64,000 nucleotides of DNA from Planctomycetota bacterium (GTDB lineage Bacteria; Planctomycetota; UBA1135; GCA-002748355), in assembly GCA_041398545.1 (NCBI GenBank), contig JAWKUM010000005.1, positions 132,921 through 196,920 of the forward strand, written 5' to 3'. The notes beneath the pieces were generated by a model. It was not told the origin of the DNA. It made no database searches and saw only the letters and a list, made by a program, of their open reading frames with translations. Below, in pieces: positions 46,855-56,977 of the stretch; the stretch's first letter is position 1, and the number at the start of each line of letters is the position of its first letter. Position numbers and translations under genes: made by a program.

Positions 46855-48279
46855 GCCTGTCCGGGTAGTTCCCACGCGAAAGGGATCTCGGCGGACCTCG
46901 GGCCTTCGACTTCCATTTGCCTTCGGGCGGGTCCCCGAGGCCCACCGGGACCTGTCGCCTCCGGGCCCCTGAGCCTGGTCCGTAACGCGACCGGGCCTCT
47001 CAGGCCATCCGGATCAGCTTGCCGAGGTTGTGGGCGGTAACCAAAAGCCACTCCTGCGCCACCTTCCGCCCACGCAGGTGGAATCGCCTGAAGCACCTGG
47101 CTTTGATCTGCCCGACCGGCTCCATGGTTGCTTCCGCAGCCGGTAACGCCGCGGAAGCCGCCGCGTTCAAACGGGCGGCCATCTCCGCCGCCCGGGACCG
47201 ATCCTCTGCCCGACGGATGACCCGCTCGTGCTTCTGCCGTCCCGTCGCCACGCCCACGGATGTTCTCCGCGTGATCTCTTCAGGTTCGCTTCCGAGCAGT
47301 AGGCCGTGTCGGCCGACAGCCGTGCCTGCCTGCCCGTGTTCCTTGATCTGCCCAGCATGCCGGGAAGCCCCGGGCGTCGTTCTGTCGGTTGCCGAGGCTC
47401 GTCGCCACGATGCCTGGCTACCCGCATCCACCGCGATCTGGCAGCGTACCTGTCATAGGTCTGCCGTCCGCATGATCCGGCTGTCGGGATCCGTGAAGTT
47501 GCGCTGCCGTTTCTCCAGGGGACGCCTCTGGTTGCGGGGGCGCCTCGGGCTTGTTCCTCTCGTCGTCCTCCTCCTCCGCCTCCTTCTCCAGCGCGCTTGG
47601 CCTCACGGATGCGCTCGAGCGCTGCTGTGTCCGCCACCCAGGCGGGAAGCCGTCCCCACGGCTGTCCTTGCCAACCCACGTCTCCGCGTCGTCGACCGCC
47701 TCCGCCTCCCGAAACCAGCCGTCGACCCGGCCCCGGCTTCGCCTCCTCCTCCGCATCCGCCTGTAGCTCATCGCCTTGTGCTTCGAAGCGTTCGCCTTGA
47801 CCGCCGCCGTCCAAGGCCACATGGCCGAGCTGGACCAGACCCGCCCGCTGGCAGACCTTGAGCACCTGGATGAAAAGGCCGTCTGCGCCGCCAGATGCCG
47901 CTTCCGGAAGTCGTTGATCGTCCGGAAGTCCGGCATCTGCATGCGACCGCCATGAAGTCCACGCGCTCGGCACAGGACTTGGCGATCCGCCGCGAGTAGA
48001 TGCCTGCGTATCGCGTAGAGCAGCACCGCGGTCATCATCGCCGGAGGGCGGCTTGCCCTTGGTGCTGGTGTGACGCGTAGACCGCGGAGAGGTCCAGGTC
48101 CCCGCACCAACTCCCGGACGAAATGGGCTGGCCGGCGGGCACCAGATCGAGGATCGAGGGAGGGAACAGCCAGGCCTGCCCGGGCCCCATCGCCGGAAAC
48201 GCTTCATGGATCCAGCCATGCCCGACCTATACAGGTCCGGGGCGTGTTGGGAGTCCCGGGTGCTATTTTCCGGACAGGC
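46855..48279 (-). mobile_element. IS1182-like insertion sequence remnant
   Basis: Short terminal inverted repeat GCCTGTCCGG (46855-46864) / CCGGACAGGC (48270-48279) enclosing a multiply broken IS1182-type transposase. GC is locally lower. The left end starts 3 nt after the stop of the preceding gene. Confidence 0.55.
47000..48207 (-). pseudogene. IS1182-family DDE transposase, many frame breaks and probably internal loss
   Basis: MKRFRRWGPG.., ..LLYAI.., MPDFRTINDFRKRHL, GLFIQVLKVCQRAGLVQLGHVALDG, VKANASKHKAMSY, LPAWVADTAALERIREAK, DTAYCSEANL, and the C-terminus EPVGQIKARCFRRFHLRGRKVAQEWLLVTAHNLGKLIRMA. Confidence 0.75.
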
Positions 48280-48482
48280 CCCGAGCGCCGCCTCGGGGCG
48301 GGGACCGGCTCCGTCCCCGGACGTAACGATCTCGCTCCCCTGGCCCGCCGCCGCGGCTTCCCGAACGCGGCGCAGCGACTCCAGACTCGGGCTCGTCCCC
48401 GGTCGGGTCCTCCGGCCGATTCCTTCCCTGTCTCCACGCGCATCCGGACCGGTCGCCCGCGCCCAGGTCCCGAGGTCGTCCG

Positions 48483-50950
48483 ATGTCCCACGCCCTCGTC
48501 CTCGCCGCTGTCGCAGCCACGGTCCTGACCGGCGTCGTCCCGGCCCAGGGGGGTGACCCCTCCGCGCCCGGCTCCTACGAGGTCCTCGGCACCGTCGTCC
48601 GCTTCGAGCGCGGCCCCGACGGTCCCGCCTATCGCTACAGCGAGGACGGCGGCCGCGGGTTCTCCGCGGCGCGCGCGGTCGAGCCCGTGCTGAAGCTCGT
48701 CTACGCCGACTTCGACCCGCTCGTCGCCGAGCCGCAGGTGCCCGGCCTGCTCGCGGCGCGGGCCGAGGGGCGCCTGTTCGCCGTGCAGTACCACACGGTC
48801 GAGCTCGAGGCCTACCGCCGCGCGCTCCGCGCGCTCGGGGTCGAGCTCCACCAGATGCTGCCGTTCCAGGGCGCGCTGCTCCGCATGGACCCGGCCCTCC
48901 GCGCCAAGGTCGCGGCGCTGCCGTTCGTGCGCTGGGTCGGCCCGTACCAGCCCGCGTGGCGGCTCGAGGTCGCATCCGCGAGGAGCTCGGCCGCCTCCGC
49001 GACCGCCTCCCGTCGCGGTCCTACAACCTCGTCATGGTCGACTGCGACCGCGACCGCGACGGCCTCGCCCGCGAGGTCGAGCAGGCCGCCGGCCGGCTCG
49101 CCGCCGACCAGGTCGGGCACCTGTACCTGACGGCGACCCTGTCGCGCAGCCAGCTCCTCGTCCTGGCCGCCTCGGACCGCGTGCTGTGGGTCGACGTCGC
49201 GAGCGACCCCGAGGAGGACATGGACGTGGTCCGCCAGTTCAGCGGCGCCAACTACGTCGAGAGCCAGGCCGGCATGACCGGCAAGGGCGTCCGCGGCCAC
49301 ATCTTCGAGGGCATCGTCGCGGGCCACCAGGAGTTCGCCGCGGTGTCCCCGTGGCGCGGGACGCCGATCAGCTACCTCAACGCGGCGTCCAACACCCACG
49401 GCTCGGCGACCTTCGGCGTGATCTTCGCCAAGGGCGTCGTCGCCAAGGCCCGCGGCCTCCTGCCCGACGGCCAGGGCCTCTACACCAACTACAGCGGCAT
49501 CAACCGCTACAACTGCGTCGCCGACCTCGTCAACCCGACCAAGGGCCTCGAGGCCATGTTCCAGACGGCGTCGTGGGGCTACGCGCGGACGACGAGCTAC
49601 CTGTCGACCTCGGCCGAGATGGACAAGATCATCCTCGACCACGACCTGCCGATCACCCAGAGCCAGAGCAACGCCGGCTCGACGTCGGTCCCGCGGGACT
49701 CGCGGCCGCAGGCCTGGGCCAAGAACATCATCTCGATCGGCGGGATCCGCCACTACGACACGGTCTCGCCCGCCGACGACCGGTGGCTCGGCGCCGGCTC
49801 GATCGGCCCGGCCGAGGACGGCCGCATCAAGCCCGACCTCTGCAGCTTCTACGACGCCACCTACACGACCTACTCGTCGAGCACGACCGGCTACAGCAAC
49901 TTCAGCGGGACGTCCAACGCGACCCCGGTCAACGCCGGCCACCTCGGGCTCACGATCGAGATGTTCACGGACGGCGCGTTCGGCCACAAGGCGTCGGCCT
50001 GGAACAAGCGCTTCGCCGACCGGCCGCACGCGCAGACCTCGAAGGCCATGATGATCAACTCGGCGTGGCAGTACCCGTTCTCGGGCACGAGCCACGACCT
50101 GACCCGGACCCACCAGGGCTGGGGCCACCCGCACGTCGGCAACCTCTACAACAAGAAGGACGGGACGCTGATCGCCGACGAGTACGACGTCGTCAAGCAG
50201 GGCGACGTGCGCCGCTACTTCGTCATGGTCGACCCGCCGCAGGGCGAGCTCAAGGTCACGATGTGCTACCGTGACGTCGAGGGCACGACGAGCGCGAGCC
50301 TGCACCGGATCAACGACCTCGACCTCGAGGTCATCGACCCCAAGGGCACGAGCTACCACGGCAACAACGGCCTGCTGGCCGGCAACTACTCGACGTCCGG
50401 CGGCAGCAAGAACACCGTCGACACGGTCGAGAACGTGTTCGTGTCCCAGCCGATGGCCGGGGTCTGGGAGGTCCGGGTCTCGGCGCCGACGGTCACCCGC
50501 GACACGCACGCGGCCACGACCGCCGTCGACGCGACCTTCGCCCTCGTCGTCTCGGGCCTGCGTGGCCTGCGCGACACGACCGGGCCGGTCCTGACGCTGA
50601 CGACCCAGGGCCAGGGCGACCTGTCGTTCAAGCTGGCCAACGCCCCCAAGGGCTACACCGAGGGCTGGACCCTGCTGTCGCTGACGATGCGGCCCGCGCC
50701 CGGCCACGGCGACCTGCTCGGGATCCAGTTCGACGCCCTCGCGGCGACGATCCTCGGCTGGCCGGCCTCGGTCGGCGACCCGCTGCACTTCAAGGCCACG
50801 ACCAGCGCGAACCAGTTCCCCAACGCCGAGTACAAGATCCCGGCCGGGGCGCTGAGCTTCCTCAAGGGCCTGTCGCTCGACGGCGTGACGCTGTTCGTCG
50901 ACGCCAACGGGCCGCTCGACGTCAGCAACGTCTCGCGCGTCACGCTCTGA
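48483..50950 (+). CDS. secreted subtilisin-like (S8) serine protease with N-terminal propeptide-like and C-terminal beta-rich domains; one frame break at ~48971
   Basis: Signal peptide MSHALVLAAVAATVLTGVVPAQG. Catalytic His HGSATFG and Ser SGTSNATP. The Asp box is not clearly identifiable; the aligned stretch reads GKGVRGHIFEG. The two ORF-track pieces (48483-49130 and 48956-50950) join at ..YQPAWRLEV / IREELGRL.. Confidence 0.75.
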
Positions 50951-50979
50951 GCGCCGGGGGGCGGCCCCGACCCCGGCGC
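50951..50979. terminator. bidirectional terminator-like hairpin between convergent genes
   Basis: GCGCCGGGG-(11 nt)-CCCCGGCGC: perfect 9-bp stem filling the 30-nt gap between stops at 50950 and 50981. No U-tract. Confidence 0.4.
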
Positions 50980-50980
50980 C

Positions 50981-51871
50981 TCAGGCGCCGGCCGGCGGGG
51001 CCGCCTTGCCCCTGCGGAAGACCTTGGCGAACAGGGCGCCGAGCACTGCCAGGCCGATCAGGATCGGCTTGAGCAGGACCTTGAGGAGCCCGGCCTTGAG
51101 CAAGACCTTGCCGGCGATCAGGCCGCCGATGCCGTACGCGGCGACCTTGTCGATCGACGAGTCGAAGTCCTGGTAGCGGTTGCCCTCGGTGAACGAGGTC
51201 GCGGCCAGGAGCATCTTGCAGCCCTCCGAGACGACCGGCAGCTCGTCGACCGAGGACACGGCCGTGAGCTCGAGCGAGCCCTTGCGGCCGAGGACGCGCA
51301 CCTCGTAGTTGAGCGTCAGGTCCTCCTGGCCCTCGAACTGGAGCACGCGGGCCCAGTACAGCTTCTTGGTCCGGCTGTCGTAGTGCGGGGGCTCGGCCCA
51401 GCGCAGCAGGTCGACCGTGCCGTACCCGGCCTTCTTGCGCTCCTTGTTGGCCTCGCGCGTGCCGTCCTTCATCGTCTGGAGCAGCTCGGCGAAGTCGATC
51501 GACGCGGCGTCGTCGTCGTTGACGTGGCCGGAGCCGTCCCAGTAGACGAGCACGCCCCACGAGTCCGGGTCGCTGCCGGGCAGGAACATGCCCTGGAGGT
51601 TGGTGTCGGGCGGGTTGCCCCACAGGCCCTCGACGACGCGGCGGGCGTGGAAGCGGTCGAGCCAGGTCCAGCCCTCGGGGATCACGACCTCGACCTTGTC
51701 GGCGAGGATGCGGATCGTGCCGGTCCTGAACTCGAGCGGCGGGTCGAGCTGCGGGACGTCCTGGCCCGCCGGCTCGGGGACCGGGGCCTGCGCCTCGGGG
51801 GCGGGCTCCTGCTCCTGGCACGGCAGGGACGGCGGGGACAGGAGGAGGAGCAGCAGCGCGGAGTGCAGCAT
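50981..51871 (-). CDS. DUF2167-family membrane-anchored protein
   Basis: Signal peptide, family-typical core (..LLRWAEPPHYDSRTKKLYWA..LNYEVRVLGRKG..FTEGNRYQDFD..DKVAAYGIGGLIAG) and a C-terminal TM anchor. 296 aa, intact. Confidence 0.65.
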   Translation of the reverse strand: MLHSALLLLLLSPPSLPCQEQEPAPEAQAPVPEPAGQDVPQLDPPLEFRTGTIRILADKVEVVIPEGWTWLDRFHARRVVEGLWGNPPDTNLQGMFLPGSDPDSWGVLVYWDGSGHVNDDDAASIDFAELLQTMKDGTREANKERKKAGYGTVDLLRWAEPPHYDSRTKKLYWARVLQFEGQEDLTLNYEVRVLGRKGSLELTAVSSVDELPVVSEGCKMLLAATSFTEGNRYQDFDSSIDKVAAYGIGGLIAGKVLLKAGLLKVLLKPILIGLAVLGALFAKVFRRGKAAPPAGA

Positions 51872-51959
51872 GGTCTTGTCCTGGTCGAGGTCGAGAGCGG
51901 GCCCTTGGCCCGTGCGCCGTGCAGGATACCGGGGCCCGTCCGCCGCCCGAATCGTGGGG

Positions 51960-52914
51960 TCAGGATCCCGTGCCCGGCGTGCGTGGTCGCCGCGTCCCCC
52001 GGCCGTGCCGGCGTGCCGAGGCCCGCGCCGGCGCGCGCTCCGGCCCGCTCGAGCGCCGCCGTCGGTGCTTCTCCCACAGCGACGTGATGATGATCATGAC
52101 GACGATCGCCAGCCAAGTCGGCCACATCTCGCGCAGGGAGGTTGACTCGGGCGATCTTGCTGCTCCGTTCGGGTGGACGATCACATCGGCCAGGTCGGCC
52201 TCCGCGAGCGCGTCCTTGCCCGGGTCGAAGTCCGTGTAGCGGTGGCCCTCGAGGAACCGACGCTCCATCAACTTCCTGCCCAGGGCGGAGAGCTCCTCCG
52301 CGGACGAGGAGAAGGAACTGGCGACGACGGCCACATAGCCGGTGCGGCCGAGGAAGACGTGGCTCGCCTGGGAGCGCCGGGGCGCCTTGCCCTCGACGGC
52401 CACGTTCCAGCGGAAGCCCATCCGCTTGCTCGCGATTGTAGCGGAGGCTCGACCTACCCATTCCGCTGAAGCGGCCCTGGCCAGCCGACTCCGCCTTCCG
52501 GTTGTACGACCCCATCCTCGCGATCAGGAGCTGCTTCAGGCGCGAGGCGTCCAGCACCGGGTGGGGTCGGCGAAGTGGCCCGGCTCTGATGGGCATATCG
52601 AGCACCTGGAGTGCGCTGGGATCTTCGATTGGGACCATGAGCCCGACCAGGCCGGTCCTGAGTTCGGGGAGGCTGGCCGGGTCGGCGGCGGCGAGGCGCG
52701 CGACATCGGCCTCACCGAAGAACGCTGCGGCCCTCCGGGACGTCGAGCTCCGCCTTGTTCCGCCTATCCGGACGGTCCCGATCCTGGGGTCCAGGTCCAG
52801 CTCGTCGAGAGGCTGCCCGGGCCGGGTCCCGGTCGCCTGTGTGGCCCGGAGGCCGCCGGCGGTGCAGAGCGCAGCGAGGACCAGGACGATCTCGAGGGTG
52901 TTACGTCGGTGCAC
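51960..52914 (-). pseudogene. second DUF2167-like paralogue, frame-broken
   Basis: N-terminal signal (LEIVLVLAALCTAGG). The later part (..RWNVAVEGK..FLGRTGYVAVVASS..FLEGHRYTDFDPGKD..) is colinear with the 50981-51871 protein but spread over at least 3 frames. C-terminal TM WPTWLAIVVMIIITSLW. Confidence 0.5.
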
Positions 52915-52932
52915 GGGTCCTTCCTCGCGAGC

Positions 52933-53577
52933 TCAGCGCAGTTTGACGGCGACCCACATGCCGTCGCCGATCGGCACGATGCAGGCGCAGCCGGGGCTCG
53001 GCGGCGATGCGGTCGTTGAACCGGCGGATCGGGCCGGTCTCGGTCCGAGGGCGCGGTCGAGAACAGCTCGCCGAACGCGAACGCGTTGTCGGCCAGGATC
53101 ATCCCGCCCGGGCGCACGAAGCGGAGGCCCTCGGCGAGGTAGTCGCCGTAGCCGGCCTTGTCGGCGTCGAGGAACAGGACGTCGACCGAGTCGTCGGCGA
53201 GCTCGCAGCACGGTCCGCGCGTCGGCTGCGCGGACCTCGACGCGCCCGCCGACGCCGGCCTGGTCGAGCCACTCAGGGCGAACTGCGCGCGCGCACGGCG
53301 TCGACCTCGATCGTCAGCAGCGAGCCGTCCTCGGGCAGGGCGCGGGCCATCCACAGCGCCGGAGTAGCCGCCAGGGTGCCGACCTCGACGACGACGCCGG
53401 GCGCCGGCGAGGCGGAGCAGGATCTGGAGCAGGCTGCTTGCTCGGGCGCGATCCAGATCGCGGGGATGCCGGGCTACTGCGACGGCGGCCTCGCGCAGGG
53501 AGCGAGGACCTCGTCCTCGCCCGCGTGGCGGCGAGGGCGAAGTGCTCCTCGGTGACGAGGGTCGAGCTCGAAGACAT
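52933..53577 (-). pseudogene. class I SAM-dependent O-methyltransferase (family 3, caffeoyl-CoA OMT-like), frame-broken
   Basis: MSSSSTLVTEEHFALAAT.. / VVEVGTL..ALWMARALPEDGSLLTIEVD.. / SVDVLFLDADKAGYGDYLAEGLRFVRPGGMILADNAF.. / ..CIVPIGDGMWVAVKLR* over several frames. Confidence 0.65.
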
Positions 53578-53610
53578 GGCGGCAGCAGGCGCGGCCGCCC
53601 CTGCCCCGGC

Positions 53611-54708
53611 TCACCCCGGGTCCTGACCAGGCCGAGGCACAGGTCGCGGGTACGCGGCGACCATGGCCTCCTGGCTCCGAACTCCTGCTCGGCCTGCTGG
53701 TGGTTGCGCCGGCCGAGGGCGGCCTGAGCCCGGCATCGCCGCCGGCGCCGGGCCAGGCCGGCGAGCCCGGCCGTCGCGCGGCGCGACGCAGAGCGAGGGG
53801 TCGCCGCAGAGCGCGGGGAGGTCGCCGACGGCCGTGCCGCACAGCGGCAGGCCGCAGGCCATCGCCTCGAGCGCGGCCATCGGCTGCTGCTCGCTGAGCG
53901 ACGAGAACGCGAGGAGGTCGAGGGCCGGGGCATAGGGCGGCGGGGTCGTCGACCGCGCCGCACAGGTGGAGGCGCTCGCCGAGGCCGAGCTCGCGGCCGA
54001 GGGCCTCGAGCGCCGGGCGGTCGGGGCCGTCGCCGGCCAGCACGAGGCAGGCCTCGGCGAGGCCGCTGGCGGCGAAGGCGCGGACCAGGTCGCGTGGTCC
54101 TTGACTGGGCGCAGGTCGCCGACGGCGCCGAGGACGACGCCGCCCTGCGGCAGGCCGAAGCGGCGCCGGGCCGCGTCGCGGTCGCCGGGCGCGAAGCGCT
54201 GCAGGTCGACGCCGTTGGACAGGCGGTGCAGGCGGGCGGGGGCACGCGCCAGCTCGTGCGGGCCACGGCCTCGAGCGTGTGCGACGGCACGACGACCCGG
54301 CCGCGCGCCGGTAAGTACAGCCGCCGCGCGAGGCGCCGGCGCAGGAGCTCGCCCCGGCCTCCTCGGGGTTGAAGCCGTCGATCGCGACGATGACCGGCGC
54401 TGGCCCTCGCGCAGCGCCGCGCGCAGCGCGTCGAACGCGCCCCAGTTGTAGGTCACGCAGAGGTCGTGGGGCCGGCCCCGCAGGAAGGCGCGCAGCCGGC
54501 GCACGGCGCCCCGCCCGCGCGGGTCGAAGCCGGGCTCGACGACCTCGACCCCGGGCGGCAGCCGCGGGGCGCAGCCGAGCCGGCCGTCGAGGGCGACGAC
54601 GGCGTGGCGCATCCCGTCGCCGAGGGCCGCGAACAGCGTGGCCTGACGCACCTGCGGGCCGCCGGCGTCGAAGGTCGCGAACAGGTGCAGCAGCCGCGGC
54701 GCGCTCAT
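53611..54708 (-). pseudogene. GT4-family (GT-B) glycosyltransferase, frame-broken (3' end approximate)
   Basis: MSAPRLLHLFATFDAGGPQV.. / NGVDLQRFAPGDRDAARRRFGLP..VVLGAVGDLRPVKDH / LAGDGPDRPALEALGRELGLGERLHLCG / LLAFSSLSEQQPMAALEAMACGLP (E-x7-E). Confidence 0.7.
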
Positions 54709-54724
54709 CGCCCCGGCCCCCGGC

Positions 54725-56851
54725 TCACCCGTCCTCCTCGAGCACGACGCGGATGCCCTTGTCGATGAAGCGCACGCGGTCGCGCTCGGGCCGCCAGCCG
54801 AGGTCCTCCTCGGCCGTCGACGCGTCGAGCCAGGCCACGAGGCCGCGGGTCTTGAGGTCGCGGTAGCTCGGGAAGCGGTTGTCCGGCTTGCGGATCGCGA
54901 GCTTGACGAGCCACTTGCCGATCTCGACGAGCTGGAGCACGGCCGGCGTCCGCGGGTGGAACCCGACCGGCCGCCGCGACAGGCGCGCGACCTCCTGCAC
55001 GTACTCCCGGGCCGTCAGCCGCACCGGGCCCACGAGGTCGTAGTGGCGGCCGGCGAGGCCCGGCCGCCGCGCCGCCGCGACCAGGGCCTCGACGACGTCC
55101 TCGACGAGGACGAACGGCAGCGGGTTGTCGCCCTTGTTCCAGCCGATGCAGTGGTTGTCGCGCGGCCAGTAGCCGGTCCCGGACACGCGGGACCGGCCGC
55201 GGTGGCCGACGACGATGGCCGGCCGCAGGACGACGACGTCGAGCCCGTCCTCGCGGTGCATGCGGTCGAGGACCTGCTCGCAGGCGATCTTGAGCCGCGC
55301 GTACAGGCTGCGCCCGACCGGGTGGGGGTCGAGGGCGGCCTTGGCGTCGCCGACGCTCTCGCCGAGGTACAGGGCCGCGATCGAGCTCGTGAACACGAGC
55401 CGCTCGACGCCGGCCGCGAGGCACTTGCGGGCCAGCAGCTCGGTGCCGCCGACGCCGACCCGGCGGCACTCCTCCCAGCTCTGGCCGAGCCCGGTCGCGA
55501 GGTGGTAGACGTGCCGGCAGCCGCGGACGGCGCGCTCGAGCTGGCCCTCGTCCTCGAGGTCCCCGTGCAGGACCATGACCGCGGGGTGGTTGAGCCAGGC
55601 CGGCAGCGGCCCGTGACCGCGCACGAGCACGCGGACCCGGTCGCCGCGCGCGACGAGGCGCTCGACGAGGTGGCTGCCGATGAAGCCGGTCGCGCCGAGC
55701 ACGAGGACCTCGTCCCCGCCGGCCTGGACCGGCACGCTCCGGGTCGTCTCGGCGATCGGCGGGAACTCCGGCTCGCGGCCGCTCCACACGAGGTGGCAGT
55801 AGCGCATGACCTCGCGGGCCTCCCGGGCCGACTGCGGGACCGGCCGGCCCTCGCGCAGGGCCTGGTGGAACGCGTGGATCGAGTCGCGCATCGCCGCGAA
55901 GAACAGGTCGTTGCGCGGCCGGAAGCGCAGCAGCGCGCCGAGGTAGCCCCAGAACGCCCGGCGCCCCGTGCGCTTGAGCCGGCGCGCGTTGCGGACCGCG
56001 TTGCGCCGCGTGTCCTCGAAGTCGGGGAACTGCGTCTTCTCCACGTGCTGGACGAACCCGCGCGCGAGGTCGAGGCTCAGCGTCCCGTCGGGGCCGATCA
56101 GCTCGAGGCTCGACGCGAGGTGGTGCCCGCCGAAGCGGAGGTAGACCGAGGCCGTCCCGCGCGCGCAGCGCAGGTTGGCCTGCCACGACTCGTGGAAAGG
56201 AACCGTGCCCGCCAGGAGCCGGGCCTTGGACAGCATCGTGCGCGCCGAGCGGACCTCGCCGAGCAGGGCCAGGAGCAGGGAGAAGGGGTGAGGCCCCTGC
56301 TCGAGCAGGATGTTGCGCGGCTCGCGGAACATCCAGTGCCCGATCTGCCGCTGGGCGAGCTGGCGAAGCGGCAGGTTGGTGACCGAGACTACATGCTCGA
56401 CCGGGCCGATGACGCGGGCCTCGACCAGGGCCATGAGCTCGCGGAAGCCGGGGTGGAAGACCTGGCTGTGGTTGACGCCGAGCGGGACGCCGCGGGCCTG
56501 CGCGAGCTGGTGCAGCTCCTCGCACTCCGCGACCGACAGGCCGAGCGGCTTCTCGACGAAGGCCGCGACGCCCTCGTCGAGCAGGCGGGCGGCGACCGGC
56601 CCGTGCTCGGGCGGCGGGGTCGCGACGTGGGCGACGTCGGGGCGGTCTCCGGCGAGGAGGCCGTCGAGGTCGGCGTGGACCTCGGGGATGCGCCAGCGCG
56701 CGGCCAGGGCCTTGGCCCGACGCAGGTCCGGGTCGACGACCGCCGAGAGCTCGACCCACGGCAACTGGCGCAGCGGCTCGAGGTGGTACTCGGCGATGTA
56801 GCCCCCTCCGACGAGGGCCACGCGGGTCTTCTTGCCGGAGCTCTTGGGCAT
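54725..56851 (-). CDS. fusion protein: N-terminal Gfo/Idh/MocA oxidoreductase + C-terminal NAD-dependent epimerase/dehydratase (extended SDR)
   Basis: 708 aa in one uninterrupted frame from ATG 56851. N-half: KTRVALVGGGYIAEYH..EKPL. Linker: ..PEFPPIAETTRSVPVQAGGDE.. C-half: VLVLGATGFIGSHLVERL..YARLK (YxxxK). Confidence 0.75.
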   Translation of the reverse strand: MPKSSGKKTRVALVGGGYIAEYHLEPLRQLPWVELSAVVDPDLRRAKALAARWRIPEVHADLDGLLAGDRPDVAHVATPPPEHGPVAARLLDEGVAAFVEKPLGLSVAECEELHQLAQARGVPLGVNHSQVFHPGFRELMALVEARVIGPVEHVVSVTNLPLRQLAQRQIGHWMFREPRNILLEQGPHPFSLLLALLGEVRSARTMLSKARLLAGTVPFHESWQANLRCARGTASVYLRFGGHHLASSLELIGPDGTLSLDLARGFVQHVEKTQFPDFEDTRRNAVRNARRLKRTGRRAFWGYLGALLRFRPRNDLFFAAMRDSIHAFHQALREGRPVPQSAREAREVMRYCHLVWSGREPEFPPIAETTRSVPVQAGGDEVLVLGATGFIGSHLVERLVARGDRVRVLVRGHGPLPAWLNHPAVMVLHGDLEDEGQLERAVRGCRHVYHLATGLGQSWEECRRVGVGGTELLARKCLAAGVERLVFTSSIAALYLGESVGDAKAALDPHPVGRSLYARLKIACEQVLDRMHREDGLDVVVLRPAIVVGHRGRSRVSGTGYWPRDNHCIGWNKGDNPLPFVLVEDVVEALVAAARRPGLAGRHYDLVGPVRLTAREYVQEVARLSRRPVGFHPRTPAVLQLVEIGKWLVKLAIRKPDNRFPSYRDLKTRGLVAWLDASTAEEDLGWRPERDRVRFIDKGIRVVLEEDG

Positions 56852-56977
56852 CGCGGAGCGGGGCGGAGCGGGTCCGAACATAGAGGAGGAGACCTCGTCA
56901 GGATCGGAAAATTCAACGCCCGGACTCGAGCCTGCCGAAAGGGATCCGGTCACCCCGCCGGCCCCCTCCCCGCACCG

